Made by a program: the position numbers and the translations under genes | NCBI GenBank assembly: GCA_030390025.1 | Contig: CM059431.1 | Location: 157,544,001-157,608,000 of the forward strand | Source: Squalus acanthias | Lineage: Eukaryota | Direction of reading: 5' to 3' | Length of the DNA: 64,000 bases | The notes under the pieces: model-generated | What the model was told of the DNA's origin: nothing | The model's input: the letters and a program-made list of their open reading frames with translations, nothing else | The model's database searches: none | Shown here: positions 63,078 through 64,000 of the stretch, one piece after another | How the letters are laid out: every line of letters begins with the position of its first letter | How positions within the stretch are numbered: position 1 is the stretch's first letter

Positions 63078-64000
63078 AACATAGAAGATAGGAGCAGGAG
63101 TAGGCCATTCGGCCCCTCGAGCCTGCTCCGCCATTCAATGAGATCATGGCTGATCATCCAAATTCAGTACCCTGTCCCTGCTTTCTCCCCATATCCCTTG
63201 ATCCCTTTAGCCTTAAGAAATATATCTAACTCCTTCTTGAATATATTTAATGAATTGGACTGAACTGCCTTCTGTGGTAGAGAATTCCACAGGTTCACCA
63301 CTCTCTGGGTGAAGAAATTCCTCCTCATCTCAGTCCTAAATGGCTTACCCCTTATCCTTAGACTGTGACCCGTGCTTCTGGACTCCCCGACCATCGGGAA
63401 CATCCATCCTGCATCTAGTCTGTCTAGTCCTGTTAGAATTTTATAAGTTTCAATGAGATCCCCTCTCATTCTTCTGAACTCTAGCGAATATAAGCCTAAT
63501 CGACCCAATCTCTCTTCATACGTCATTCCTGCCATCCCAGGTATCAGTCTGGTGAATCTTTGCTGCACTCCCTCCATGGCAAGAACATCCTCGGATAAGG
63601 CGACCAAAACTGCACACAATACTCAAGGTGTGGTCTCAACAAGGCCCTGTGCAACTGCAGCAAGACATCCTTGCTCTTGTACTCGAATCCTCTCGCTATG
63701 AAGGCCAACATACCATTTGCCTTCTTAACCGCCTGCTGCACCTGCATGCTTACCTTCAACGACTGGTGCACAAGGACACCCAGGTCTCGTTGCACTTCCC
63801 CTTTTCCCAATCTATTGCCATTCAGATAATCTGCCTTCCTGTTTTTGCCACCAAAGTGGATAACCTCGCATTTATCCACATTATACTGCATCTGCCATGC
63901 ATCTGCCCAATCACCCAGCCTGTCCAAATCATACTGGAGTTTCTCTGCATCCTCCTCGCAACACACACGCCCACCCAGCCTTGTGTCGTCTGCAAACTTG
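63078..64000 (-). mobile_element. CR1 3' portion (continues beyond window)
   Basis: ORFs 63544-63966 and 63164-63619; very similar to 32560-33480. Confidence 0.93.

Overview
Eukaryotic, repeat-dominated DNA that looks like cartilaginous fish (shark): it carries HE1/V-type tRNA SINEs, many CR1-clade LINEs, L2 LINEs and Penelope-like elements. There are no prokaryotic genes and no CRISPR array. About 17 kb is a 40-bp satellite in two arrays (1-13224; 34326-40946). Each array sits directly upstream of a paralogous non-repeat module, and a third partial copy follows the 200-N gap at 59878-60077, indicating a tandemly duplicated gene-family locus. The best host-gene evidence is two splice-compatible phase-1 exons (47014-47526 and 55804-55896). 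They encode an MGHSSSK (N-myristoylation-type) start, six 22-aa repeats each containing a Q-G-P motif, and MAEGPNRGEDTTSSRMRMDT, which from memory resembles the N-terminus of shark NACHT-LRR (NLR) proteins; no NACHT exon is in the window. Main observations: (1) a T_TTA_AA(C/T)_TAA slippery heptamer at the ORF1/ORF2 junction of three independent CR1 copies, with no AUG ahead of the ORF2 endonuclease, suggesting -1 ribosomal frameshifting; (2) the putative myristoylated, protease-site-repeat N-terminus; (3) two minimal hammerhead ribozyme motifs in Penelope-like termini; (4) a clean 740-bp TIR/TSD MITE; (5) a full-length CR1 carrying four nested insertions. All identities were judged by eye and TE boundaries are approximate.
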